Origin: a bacterium
Lineage (GTDB): Bacteria > RBG-13-61-14 > DATKZS01
DNA: 64,000 nt
Assembly: GCA_963674965.2 (NCBI GenBank)
Contig: CAXXFL010000001.1
Coordinates: 416,001-480,000, forward strand
Direction: 5' to 3'
Every line of letters starts with the position of its first letter. Position 1 is the first letter of the stretch. Position numbers and translations under genes: made by a program. Shown here piece by piece: positions 18,625 through 27,657 of this stretch. The notes under the pieces are model-generated. The model was not told the DNA's origin. It did no database searches and saw only the letters and a program-made list of their open reading frames with translations.

Positions 18625-20025
18625 TTACTTGTCGATGATGATGGCGCGAAGTATCTGGTCGTGAAGCCCGGTCTTGCGCATGGGCAACTCGTAAAAGTCG
18701 ATAAGCTCCTCGACCTGCTTCTTGCAGTTGGCGCAGGGAGCTATCACCAGCTCGGCGCCCGTCTCGCGCATCTGGTCGGCTTTCCTTTTTCCGGCCACCA
18801 TCATGCGGAACTCGTGTATCTCGTCGATGCTGACCGTTCCTCCTCCGCCGCCGCAGCAGTAGTTGTATTTGCCGTTGGGGGTCATGTCCACGAAGTTCTT
18901 GGCCATGGCCCTGATGATCTCGCGGGGCTGATCGACGATCTTGCCCGCCCGAGCGATGTTGCAAGGGTCGTGATAGGTTATCTTCTCGGTCACCACGTCG
19001 GGCTTCAGCTTGAGATTTCCCTTCACCAGCTGATCGTGGGCGTACTCCATGCAGTTTATGACCGGAATGTTCCTGGTCTCGTTGAAAGTGGGGCCGAACC
19101 AGGCCGAGCGCGTGGCGTGCCCGCATTCGCCGATGAACACGTATTTGCCTTTCAGCTTCCTGGTCTGCTCGAGTTCCATTCTCACCACCCGTCCCAGGAT
19201 GTAGTCGCTGTAGAAAAGCCCGTAGTTGATGCCGTCGTAATCGGTGGTGCCGATGGTCCAGTTCCCGTTCGTGGCGTGCATGACCGCCGCGTTGCCCATC
19301 AGAGTGTCGGCCTCGAGCAGGTAGTCGGAAACGGCGGGGAAAAACACGTAATCGGCGCCTTCCCGGTCCACGGGAAACTTGATGGGTATGCCGAACATGT
19401 CCATCAATTCCTCCTCGAGGAACTCGAGGGTATCCATCAGGGCCGGCACCGGTATGGCCGAGGTATTGGCCGTCTTGCCGTCAACCTGCTCCCTGGTCGC
19501 GACCAGAAGGGCCTTGGGGATGATGTCTATCTCGGAGAGCACGTAGCGGGCGAGGTGGGTAATGAGGCCGTGGTCCACCCCCATGGGACAAAAAAGGTTA
19601 CAGCGACGGCAGGCCGTACAGCGGTAATAATCGTCCGCCATCCGGTCGATGTCCTCCTCGGTGATTCCGCCGTCGCCCAGGACCTTGGCCTTGAGCCAGC
19701 CGTTCAGCGTGAAGTGGCGGCGGTAAACGTCGAGAAGAAGGCTCGAGCGCTCGCAGGGGATGTCCCTCGACTCACCGGTTGCCTGGTAGACCGGACAAGC
19801 CGTGGCGCAGCGCCCGCAATGGGTGCTGACCTTGCTCATCATGTCGATGGCGAACCGGTAGTTGGTGTGCTGAAGTATGGCCGCGAAAGCGTCCAGGAAC
19901 CTCGTTACCAGGTCGCCCTTGGGCTGGGCGTCAAGGAAATAGGCGTACTTTTTCTTGCGCTCTATCTCCTGGGGAGCGATTTTTATTTTTTCCTCGACCA
20001 CCTTGTTTGCGGTTTGCGCGTCCAT
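18625..20025 (-). CDS. Fe-S/CCG-domain oxidoreductase (HmcF/DsrK/HdrD-like)
   Basis: STHCGRCATACP, CTACRRCNLFCP, GECGH, YHDPC, CCGGGGG and PCANC motifs. Confidence 0.9.
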   Translation of the reverse strand: MDAQTANKVVEEKIKIAPQEIERKKKYAYFLDAQPKGDLVTRFLDAFAAILQHTNYRFAIDMMSKVSTHCGRCATACPVYQATGESRDIPCERSSLLLDVYRRHFTLNGWLKAKVLGDGGITEEDIDRMADDYYRCTACRRCNLFCPMGVDHGLITHLARYVLSEIDIIPKALLVATREQVDGKTANTSAIPVPALMDTLEFLEEELMDMFGIPIKFPVDREGADYVFFPAVSDYLLEADTLMGNAAVMHATNGNWTIGTTDYDGINYGLFYSDYILGRVVRMELEQTRKLKGKYVFIGECGHATRSAWFGPTFNETRNIPVINCMEYAHDQLVKGNLKLKPDVVTEKITYHDPCNIARAGKIVDQPREIIRAMAKNFVDMTPNGKYNYCCGGGGGTVSIDEIHEFRMMVAGKRKADQMRETGAELVIAPCANCKKQVEELIDFYELPMRKTGLHDQILRAIIIDK

Positions 20026-20906
20026 TACATGTTCCCCCTATTGGCTTTTTCGTAAACTTCCAGGGCGCCGTCGCTCAGAATCACCGCGCTGGGCGCCTTG
20101 CTTAACCTGTTAAACGCGGCGTGAAAAGCCGGACAAAATCCCATGAAGATCACCAGGTCGCATCCGGCCTGGTTGAGCATAAGGGCCTGCTTCTCGGGCT
20201 CGCAGGGCTGGTTCCCTCTATCGCCGGCCGGCCCCGGCTTGTGACAGTCGGCGGGACAGGCGGCGGCCACCACGTCCACGCCGCGCCCCAGCTTGTCGGC
20301 CATCCGTTTCGCGCCCTCGGCCATGCCCGAGCAATAGGCCAGCCCCACTCGCTTCAAGTCCCTGTTGGACAGGTACTCGGGTATTTCCTCGATGGAGCAG
20401 ATGGGAGAGAGGGACACCTCGGCCAGATAGCCGGCCGCGCCGATGGTCGCTCCCGAGAGTCCCTCGGACCCGACCTGGAAGGGATTGCACCAGGCCCGTC
20501 CGCTCGGCGAGCGTGTCGCCGCCGCCTCGACGGCCTGGGGGCGGTCCTTGGGAGTCGAGGCCGCGCCCTTGGGACCATAACCGTACCAGGGCTGGAGCCT
20601 GCCCTCGGCGAAGGCATGAAGAACTTCCTCGGCCTCGCCCGCCACGTTGCAGATAACTTTGATGCCGTAGTCGTTGAGTAGTTTGCTGAGCTCGGGCGAG
20701 ATGCCGCCGCAGACGATCACGTCCACCTCGAGGTCGAGAAGTTGCTCGAGCCAGCGGTATTCGTCGAGGTTCTCGGTGGACACGGTCCTTGACATATGCA
20801 CCTCGCCCTCCGTTACGCTCACCACCAGCATGGACGATGCAAAAAGGCATCTCGGGGCAACCCGGGACCCGAAAAGAGGTATTGCACATGTAGCGTCTAC
20901 TTTCAT
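20025..20906 (-). CDS. NifB/NifX (FeMo-co binding) domain fused to DUF1847-like domain
   Basis: N-terminal AIPLFGSRVAPR, DVIVCGGI and G.AEEVL.AF..G.L. C-terminal VGLAYC.G, C.P..QA..LN..GCDL...G.C. Start 20906 after GAGGG. Confidence 0.75.
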   Translation of the reverse strand: MKVDATCAIPLFGSRVAPRCLFASSMLVVSVTEGEVHMSRTVSTENLDEYRWLEQLLDLEVDVIVCGGISPELSKLLNDYGIKVICNVAGEAEEVLHAFAEGRLQPWYGYGPKGAASTPKDRPQAVEAAATRSPSGRAWCNPFQVGSEGLSGATIGAAGYLAEVSLSPICSIEEIPEYLSNRDLKRVGLAYCSGMAEGAKRMADKLGRGVDVVAAACPADCHKPGPAGDRGNQPCEPEKQALMLNQAGCDLVIFMGFCPAFHAAFNRLSKAPSAVILSDGALEVYEKANRGNM

Positions 20907-20922
20907 CCCGATCCCTCTTTGA

Positions 20923-20937
20923 GCACGATCCATGCCC
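20923..20937 (-). promoter_or_regulatory. Sigma54 (-24/-12) promoter for the NifX-DUF1847 / Hmc-like operon
   Basis: Minus strand GGGCATGGATCGTGC has GG-N10-GC spacing, just upstream of the RBS and divergent from a sigma54 activator. Confidence 0.6.
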
Positions 20938-21095
20938 GCAAACCAAGGCCAGGGCGAGGCAAGGCTTGGGGGACGTGAGGGGGTGACCATTTTTTGATAA
21001 AAAAATGCGCTCTTATAAGATGAGTATTTTTTCTTTCCAACATTTTTCGTCCCATTCATTTTGGAATTATTCTATAATCGTCAGCGCAAAGGCGC

Positions 21096-21129
21096 GCATC
21101 ATGTTGCGCTACAGATGCTTATTCGCAAC
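21096..21129. promoter_or_regulatory. Candidate upstream activator sequence
   Basis: GCATCATGTTGC (21096-21107) is the exact reverse complement of GCAACATGATGC at 23548-23559. It lies ~160 bp from the -24/-12 element. Confidence 0.5.
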
Positions 21130-21388
21130 TATGTTTCGCTTCCGCGCGTTTATCCTCGTCGATCGCCTCCTTCAAAAAAATTAGAATCTTTTAATCAACC
21201 CTTGCGGGCATAACTTTTGTATCCTCGCTGTTGCAATTTCGCAATTAGTAGGGTAGAATCGTTATAGATAAAAAGCGTCGGCCGTTTCTTGCTGCGGGGC
21301 TTGTGAAACAATGCATCATAATATGCCCCGCCAAGAAACGCCGTTACCACGCCAAACGGCGGGGAAAAAAGACGGAATCGAGGGGCAT

Positions 21389-22750
21389 ATGCCGTTTGAT
21401 CAAAAAAACACTCCTACCTTCAACGAGATAAACGACCTTATTTTCGAGAGCATCACCGAGGGCGTCTTCTCGACGGACAAGAACTGCCGCGTCACTTCCT
21501 TCAACCGGGCGGCCGAGGAAATCTCCGGCTTCAGCCGGGAGGAGGCCATCGGCCAGTTCTGCTTCGATATTTTCCGCACGGACCTTTGCCACACGCGGTG
21601 CGCGCTCCGCAACACCCTCGAGAACGGCAAGCCCATCTCCAACTTCAAGGTGAACATCTTAAACAGGAACGGCGTCAAAATCCCCATCAGCGTGAGCACC
21701 TCCATCCTCCGCGACAGGGAAGGCGGACCGAGGGGCGCGGTCGAGATATTCCGCGACCTCTCGGCCATGGAGGAACTCAGGAAACAGCTTCAAGCCGCGG
21801 ACCAGGTCGAGAAGCTGGCCAGCCGCAACCGGGAGATGCAGGAAATCTTCAACCTCATTCCCGACGTGGCCGAGTCCGACTGCAACGTCCTCATCCAGGG
21901 CCCGTCGGGCTCGGGCAAGGAGCTGCTGGCCCGGGCCATCCACAAGCTTAGCTCGAGGCGCGACCGTCCCTATATCCGGGTCAACTGCGCTGCCCTTCCC
22001 GAGACCCTGCTCGAGTCCGAGCTGTTCGGATACGTGAAGGGCGCCTTTACCGACGCCAAGCGCGACAAGCCGGGCCGGTTCGTGGTGGCGGACCAGGGCA
22101 CGATCCTTTTGGACGAGATCGGGGACATGCCCTTGTCCCTCCAGGCCAAGCTCCTCCGGGTGCTGCAGGACGGGGAAATCCAGCCCCTCGGATCGACCAA
22201 GTCCACTCACGTTGACGTCCGGGTCATCGCCTCGACCCATAACGACGTCAAGAACATGATCGAGGAGGGCTTGTTCAGGGGAGACCTTTTTTACAGGCTC
22301 AAGGTGATTAACATCGAGATACCGCCCCTGCGGAGGAGGCCCGAGGACATCCCCCTCCTGGTGGACTTCTTTATCCAGCGCTTCAACGCCCAGCAGGGAA
22401 AGCGCATCGAGGGGATTTCCGAGGAGGTCCTGGACCACGTGATGAATTACGACTTTCCCGGCAACGTGCGCGAGCTCGAGAACGCCATCGAGCACGCCTT
22501 CGTGCTTTGCAAGGAGGACGTCATCCAGCTCCACCACCTGCCCCGGGACATGAGGGAATCGGGGCCTCACGCGGCGGCCTTTTCCTCGCGGCCTCGGAAC
22601 CCCGTCGAGACGGCCGAGGCCAAGGTCATAAAGGACCTCCTCGAGCGGCACCGCTGGAACAAGGCCAAGGTCTCCGAGATACTCGGCATTCACCGCACCA
22701 CCTTGTGGCGCAAGATGCAGAAGCTGGGCATCGGCAGGGGCCAAGACTGA
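21389..22750 (+). CDS. PAS-domain sigma54-dependent activator with CX8CX3C motif (OrpR-like)
   Basis: PAS domain with CFDIFRTDLCHTRC, Walker A GPSGSGKE, ESELFG..KGAFTDA, LLDEIG, FPGNVREL and C-terminal Fis HTH LGIHRTTLWRK. Confidence 0.92.
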   Translation: MPFDQKNTPTFNEINDLIFESITEGVFSTDKNCRVTSFNRAAEEISGFSREEAIGQFCFDIFRTDLCHTRCALRNTLENGKPISNFKVNILNRNGVKIPISVSTSILRDREGGPRGAVEIFRDLSAMEELRKQLQAADQVEKLASRNREMQEIFNLIPDVAESDCNVLIQGPSGSGKELLARAIHKLSSRRDRPYIRVNCAALPETLLESELFGYVKGAFTDAKRDKPGRFVVADQGTILLDEIGDMPLSLQAKLLRVLQDGEIQPLGSTKSTHVDVRVIASTHNDVKNMIEEGLFRGDLFYRLKVINIEIPPLRRRPEDIPLLVDFFIQRFNAQQGKRIEGISEEVLDHVMNYDFPGNVRELENAIEHAFVLCKEDVIQLHHLPRDMRESGPHAAAFSSRPRNPVETAEAKVIKDLLERHRWNKAKVSEILGIHRTTLWRKMQKLGIGRGQD

Positions 22751-22797
22751 AGGCGCGGCTCGGGCCTCACGCGCCCGGCCCGCTCAACCTTCCCCGC

Positions 22798-23391
22798 TCA
22801 GCCGGCGGCCTTGACCGACTGCCCGCAGCTCTCGCAAACGTGGACGTCCGCCTCGCTCTTGTCGGGGACCGCGTCGTACTCGGCGCCGCTCTTCTTCACG
22901 TAGTCCCTCGAGCGGGCCAGGTCCCTTTCGTTGCGGATGGCCTTGCCGAAGAAGCCGCCCTGCCAGAAGGACTCCATGCCCCGGGCCGCGTCCTTGTCCA
23001 TCTTGATCTTGTAGTTGGCCCCCGCCTTGAAATGGTCCACGATGGCGTCGAGAAGGCGCGTCGAGGGCGTGCCAATCTTGCCCGGCCTCACCGCCTCGCA
23101 CTGGGTGGCCGAGCCGATGCAGCTCTTGGGCTTTTCGCAGTCCGGTATCTTGGGACAGTCGCCCGTCACCAGGATGCCGTGGATGGCGGTGGGAGTGATG
23201 GCGAACTGGTCCAGAGTAACCCCCGGCCTGAGGTCCATGGCCGCCAGAAACTCGTGGTAGACGATCTTGCCGAAATGGTTAAGATGCATCCGCCCCGAAT
23301 CGGCGTTGCCAAGGGAGTACTCCTTTTTCCTGGTGTAAAGCGAGATGAGAAAAAGACCCGATTTTGTAAAGTCGTATGTTTTGTTGTTCAT
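22798..23391 (-). CDS. REP-associated tyrosine transposase (RAYT/Y1)-like protein with degenerate HUH motif and Cys-rich insertion
   Basis: YDF...G.F.I...TR, M.LN.FG.IV, V.LD.F.I.P..IHGI, L..IV..FK and FWQ..F....IRNE..L...RDYV follow the RAYT pattern. Canonical PNHxH reads PTAIH. Strong RBS AGGAGGT. Confidence 0.75.
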   Translation of the reverse strand: MNNKTYDFTKSGLFLISLYTRKKEYSLGNADSGRMHLNHFGKIVYHEFLAAMDLRPGVTLDQFAITPTAIHGILVTGDCPKIPDCEKPKSCIGSATQCEAVRPGKIGTPSTRLLDAIVDHFKAGANYKIKMDKDAARGMESFWQGGFFGKAIRNERDLARSRDYVKKSGAEYDAVPDKSEADVHVCESCGQSVKAAG

Positions 23392-23417
23392 GCTTCACCT
23401 CCTGTTCCCAAGCGGTG

Positions 23418-23432
23418 GCAGGAAGCGTGCCA
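23418..23432 (-). promoter_or_regulatory. Sigma54 (-24/-12) promoter for the RAYT-like gene
   Basis: Minus strand TGGCACGCTTCCTGC is one mismatch from TGGCACG-N4-TTGC and lies 26 bp upstream of the ATG. Confidence 0.75.
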
Positions 23433-23545
23433 TAAAACCTGCAACAATTGCAACAACGAATTAATTATTCTAATATATCAGGTACTTTAAATACACACCT
23501 TTCAGCAGGAAGGTCTCCGGGCGCCATAGAACGGCATCAACTCGC

Positions 23546-23627
23546 ATGCAACATGATGCAATTACGCTCTATGTCACATGCAACACGGTGCGGAAGTCGT
23601 CAGGAAAATCAAAACGAGATGCAACGC
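23546..23627. promoter_or_regulatory. Candidate upstream activator sequences
   Basis: GCAACATGATGC (23548-23559), GCAACACGGTGC (23580-23591) and a further ATGCAAC lie 115-190 bp upstream of the -24/-12 element. Confidence 0.5.
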
Positions 23628-23696
23628 TAAATCTGATCTCTTTGAAAAGATTTGCAGGACAAGCCCCGCGGCGGGACGGCCCTCTCAAGGTCCGGA

Positions 23697-24092
23697 CTAA
23701 AGGCCCATCTTCTCGATCAGCTCGAGCACGGAGGAAAGGGGGAAGGGCTTGATGAGGAAGAACTTGGCGCCCAGGTCCTTGGCCTGGTTCATGATTTCGT
23801 CGTCGGCGTGGGCGGACATGAAGATAACCGGAATCCGGGCGGTCTCGATCCTGTTTTGCATGCCCTTTAAAAGGGATATGCCGTCGAGCTTTTCCATTCT
23901 GATGTCGCTGACGATAAGGTCGGGCTTTTCCTTTTCCAGGTCCACCAGCACGTCGTATCCGTCCCTTATGGCCTTTACCCGGCGTCCTTTTCCGGTGAGG
24001 TACTTATCGAGGGACGCCCGCATGATGGGGTCGTCGTCCACCACGAATATATAGGTCCGGCGCTTTCCCGCCTGGATGTATTCGGTGTTCAT
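23697..24092 (-). CDS. Single-domain response regulator (receiver)
   Basis: VVDDD, PDLIVSDIRM, IPVIFMSA and IKPF motifs. Confidence 0.9.
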   Translation of the reverse strand: MNTEYIQAGKRRTYIFVVDDDPIMRASLDKYLTGKGRRVKAIRDGYDVLVDLEKEKPDLIVSDIRMEKLDGISLLKGMQNRIETARIPVIFMSAHADDEIMNQAKDLGAKFFLIKPFPLSSVLELIEKMGL

Positions 24093-24099
24093 GGCCGCC

Positions 24100-24462
24100 T
24101 CATTTCCCCGCGTCCCAGTCGAAGGACCCGGCCGCGCCGCGGAAGTTCTCGAATTCCTCTTTGATCCGCAGCGCGTCGTCCCCCGCCTCGGTTATGTCCT
24201 CTTCCTTGGCCTTCATCTCCAGGGCCCGGGCCAGTCCGCTGAGCCTCAGCGCCCCGATCATCGCGGACGACCCGGCCAGGCGATGGGAAATCGTTATTAT
24301 GTCCTCGATGGCCCCGCCCTCCGCGGCCGACTCGAGGGCCTCGAGCTCGGCGGGCGTCTCTTTAAGGAACAACTCCACGATCTCCCGCAACAGGTCGGCG
24401 TCGTTCTCGAAAATCTCGACCCCATGCCTGAAGTCGAAGGTCTTTGGCTGTTCCTGGTTCAT
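24100..24462 (-). CDS. Hpt domain protein
   Basis: F.ND.DLLREIVELFL and SHRLAGSSAMIGA..L..LA..LE motifs. Confidence 0.88.
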   Translation of the reverse strand: MNQEQPKTFDFRHGVEIFENDADLLREIVELFLKETPAELEALESAAEGGAIEDIITISHRLAGSSAMIGALRLSGLARALEMKAKEEDITEAGDDALRIKEEFENFRGAAGSFDWDAGK

Positions 24463-24622
24463 CGGCCTCTCCTCCCCTCCTCCCGAGCGGGCCGGGAAAG
24501 GGTTGGGTACGATTATACAACAATTGGGCGCGGCGGCAATGAAGATTTTATTACCGCGCGCATAAGAGGCCGGCGGAATGGAATGGACGCGAATCAGACG
24601 CCGGCCTTTCCCCAGATCACGT

Positions 24623-26233
24623 TCAATCCGCCGAGGCGTATTCCTTCCAGAACTCGCACTTGGGTTCGAAGTCGTTTTTCTCGACGTGGAGGGGCACGTC
24701 GAGGACCATGGTTTCCTTTTTGTCGCTCGAGTATTTGGGCCACTGGGGAAGGCCGAAGGAGTTGGGGTCGCCGTCGCGGGCGAAGCTGGCCCAGTAGGTC
24801 CTCACGTCGTCGCTCAGGTGATAGGCGTCCTCCATGTCCTCGCTCACGAAAAGGGTCGAGGGCGGACGGTCCAGGTTCGAGAAGGCGAACATGATCTCGA
24901 CCCCGTGGGCCGCGCCCACCATGTTGGGCATGCGGTGACCGTCGAAGTCGAAGCGATAGAAATAAACCGGCTCGTACCTCGAGACGGCCTCGGCCGCCTC
25001 GTAGCACTTGCACCCGAGCATGGCGTCGCCCACCCCGTGGAGGGCCGCGTCCACGGGCCTTTTATAAGAACTCATGGGATAGTAAGTCCGGAACTCGTCC
25101 TCCCCCTTGTCGCCCAGGGCCTCCTCCATGACGCCCTTTACCGCCGGCTTGGGGGCCATGCGAATACCGGGGGCCACGATGGTGAAGAGCTTGACCTCGT
25201 CCCGGTTGCTGCCCACCATGAAGGGAACCCGGTTAAAGGAACCGCTCTCGAGGGCCGCGATGGGCGTCTGGGTCAGGTTGACCCCGTCCACCGTCGGTAC
25301 CCAGGTGAAGCTAATAACGCCGGCGAGGCCCTTCTTTTTCTTTTCCTTATCCTCGGCCTTGCCGGCGAGGATTTCATTCGCGTCCCGGGACCGGAGGCAG
25401 GCGAGCTTGTTCTCGCCCGCGCAGCCCAGGTCGGCGGCGAAGAGTCGGCCTTTATCGAGGGCCGTCTCCCTGGTCAGGACCGTGTCGCATCCGCCGCTCT
25501 CGAGGATGGCCTTGTCGAACTTGCCCTTGGCCCGGGGACTGGCCAGGAGGTTGCAAACGCTCCAGCCGCCCGCGCTCTCTCCGAAGATGGTCACGTTGCC
25601 CGCGTCGCCGCCAAAGGAGGAGATATTGGCCTTGACCCACTCGAGGGCCTTGATCTGGTCCATGAGTCCGTAGTTGCCCACCCCGTCGCTCTCGGTCTCG
25701 AGTTCCGGAAGGGCCAGGAAGCCGAACTGGCCCAGCCGGTAGTTGATGGTCACCACCACCACGTCCTCGAGGGCCGCCAGACGGTCGCCCCGGTACATGT
25801 CGAGGGACCCGGCCCCCGAGGTAAGGGAACCGCCGTGAATCCAGACCATGACCGGAAAGGACCCGCTCTTGGCCGGGCGCCACACGTTAAGATACAGGCA
25901 GTCCTCGCTCTTGCCGGGGGACTCGCCGCCGGGAAGGGGTATCTCGTTGCCGTCTCCCTTTTGCATGCATATGTCGCCGAAGGAGTCGGCGAGCCTTATG
26001 CCCTTCCACGGCTCGGGGTCCCGGGGCGGGGCCCATCTCAACTCGCCCACCGGCGGGGCCGCGTAGGGTATACCGCGATACTCGCAGACGTGCCCGTTCA
26101 TGGCCGTAAGCCCCGAGACCTCTCCCGCCCCGGCGCTCGAGGGCTGGGCGCAGAAATCGTCATCCCCCAGGGCCGGAAGGTTGAAAAGAAACATGGAACC
26201 GATCAAAAGCGCGACGGCGGCTTTCCCCTTCAT
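24623..26233 (-). CDS. Exported carboxylesterase type B
   Basis: GIPYAAPPVGELRW, SEDCLYLNVW, WIHGG, NYRLG, FGESAGG and AAHGVE motifs. Signal peptide from 26233 after AAGGAGG. Confidence 0.92.
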   Translation of the reverse strand: MKGKAAVALLIGSMFLFNLPALGDDDFCAQPSSAGAGEVSGLTAMNGHVCEYRGIPYAAPPVGELRWAPPRDPEPWKGIRLADSFGDICMQKGDGNEIPLPGGESPGKSEDCLYLNVWRPAKSGSFPVMVWIHGGSLTSGAGSLDMYRGDRLAALEDVVVVTINYRLGQFGFLALPELETESDGVGNYGLMDQIKALEWVKANISSFGGDAGNVTIFGESAGGWSVCNLLASPRAKGKFDKAILESGGCDTVLTRETALDKGRLFAADLGCAGENKLACLRSRDANEILAGKAEDKEKKKKGLAGVISFTWVPTVDGVNLTQTPIAALESGSFNRVPFMVGSNRDEVKLFTIVAPGIRMAPKPAVKGVMEEALGDKGEDEFRTYYPMSSYKRPVDAALHGVGDAMLGCKCYEAAEAVSRYEPVYFYRFDFDGHRMPNMVGAAHGVEIMFAFSNLDRPPSTLFVSEDMEDAYHLSDDVRTYWASFARDGDPNSFGLPQWPKYSSDKKETMVLDVPLHVEKNDFEPKCEFWKEYASAD

Positions 26234-26381
26234 GCTATCCTCCTTGAAAAACGGTCTTACTATTCGACGTACCGAAATTATCATAATACAGGGGGGCGGC
26301 AAAGTTCAACGGCGCGACCCTCGGCGAATGGATTAACGACCGAGTTCACTTTTTTGCCTCGCCTGTTATATATTCCGTTAC

Positions 26382-27464
26382 ATGCAAGGCCGCAAAATAA
26401 TCCACGTGGACATGGACGCCTTTTTCGCCTCCGTCGAGCAGCGCGACGACCCGTCGCTGAGGGGCAAGCCGGTCATCGTGGGCGGAGACCCCGGCGGAAG
26501 AGGCGTGGTGGCGGCCTGTTCCTACGAGGCGAGAAAATACGGCGTCCATTCCGCCATGCCCGCGGGCAGGGCCGCCAGGCTTTGCCCCGGCGCGGTTTTC
26601 CTCCGGCCCCGCTTCGAGGCCTACCGCGAGACCAGCCGGACAATCGCGTCCGTCTTCACGGACTACACCGACCTCGTCGAGCCGGCCTCCCTGGACGAGG
26701 CCTACCTCGACGTGACCGTGAACAAGAAAAACAATCCATCCGCCACCAGTCTGGCCCGGGAGATAAGGGCGAGGATACTCGATATTACCGGCCTGACCTG
26801 CTCGGCCGGCGTGTCTTACAACAAGTTCCTGGCCAAGGTCGCCTCGGACCATAACAAACCAAACGGACTGACCGTTATTAGGCCCGAGGAGGCAAGGGCC
26901 TTTATCGCCGCGCTTCCGATCGGCAAGTTCCACGGGATTGGAAAAGTGACCGAGCGCAAGATGAAGCAAATGGGCGTTCACATGGGGGCCGACCTTGCAA
27001 GGCGCTCCATCGAGGAGCTTACGGAAAAATTCGGCAAGGCCGGCGCCTATTACCACGCCATCGCCAGGGGCTTTGACGAGCGGCCGGTCGAGCCTTTCCG
27101 GGAGCGCAAGTCCCTGGGCAAGGAGGTCACCCTTTCCGAGGACACGGACGACGAGCGGATGATGGAGTCCGTCATTTCCGGGCTGGCGTCCCTCGTGTCC
27201 GAATCGGCGGCGAAAAAGGGCATAGCCGCTCGGACCTTGACGGTCAAGGTCCGGTACTCGGACTTCGAGTCCATCACCAGGAGCTTTACTCGCGCCGAGG
27301 GCATAGGCGACGCGGCGGACATGCTCTATCTGGCCAAGGCCCTCTTGGAAAAAACGGAGGCGGGCAAAAGAAAGGTAAGGCTTCTGGGGCTGTCCCTTTC
27401 CAATTTCGAGTCGGAAGAAGGCGGGCAAAGAAGGCCCGTCCAATTAAAGCTTCCCTTTTACTAG
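26382..27464 (+). CDS. dinB: DNA polymerase IV
   Basis: IIHVDMDAFFASVEQ, SYEARKYGV, SLDEAYLD, KFLAKVASD.NKP.G and VRLLG motifs. Confidence 0.96.
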   Translation: MQGRKIIHVDMDAFFASVEQRDDPSLRGKPVIVGGDPGGRGVVAACSYEARKYGVHSAMPAGRAARLCPGAVFLRPRFEAYRETSRTIASVFTDYTDLVEPASLDEAYLDVTVNKKNNPSATSLAREIRARILDITGLTCSAGVSYNKFLAKVASDHNKPNGLTVIRPEEARAFIAALPIGKFHGIGKVTERKMKQMGVHMGADLARRSIEELTEKFGKAGAYYHAIARGFDERPVEPFRERKSLGKEVTLSEDTDDERMMESVISGLASLVSESAAKKGIAARTLTVKVRYSDFESITRSFTRAEGIGDAADMLYLAKALLEKTEAGKRKVRLLGLSLSNFESEEGGQRRPVQLKLPFY

Positions 27465-27657
27465 TCCTCCCGCCATTCGCCGGCGGCGCCCCTATAAAAG
27501 GCGCCTTGTCCGGCCTTTGAAAAAAGAGATAAAAAATTCTTGCCCGCGCGCCCGGCTCGTTATATATTATTGTCGTGAATGACGGGTGGGAACAATCGAG
27601 CGGCGAGATCGCGATAAATCCTTTTAGAGCAAACTCAAGGCAAATCGGGAGGATGGC

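Noticed and set aside
22798-23391. Active IS200/IS605 or RAYT mobile element
   Set aside because: HUH motif is broken, there is no tnpB, and no flanking REP/terminal hairpin pair is evident. It is treated as a possible domesticated gene instead.
26300-26381. SOS/LexA box upstream of dinB
   Set aside because: No palindrome matching a LexA motif I can confidently recognise.
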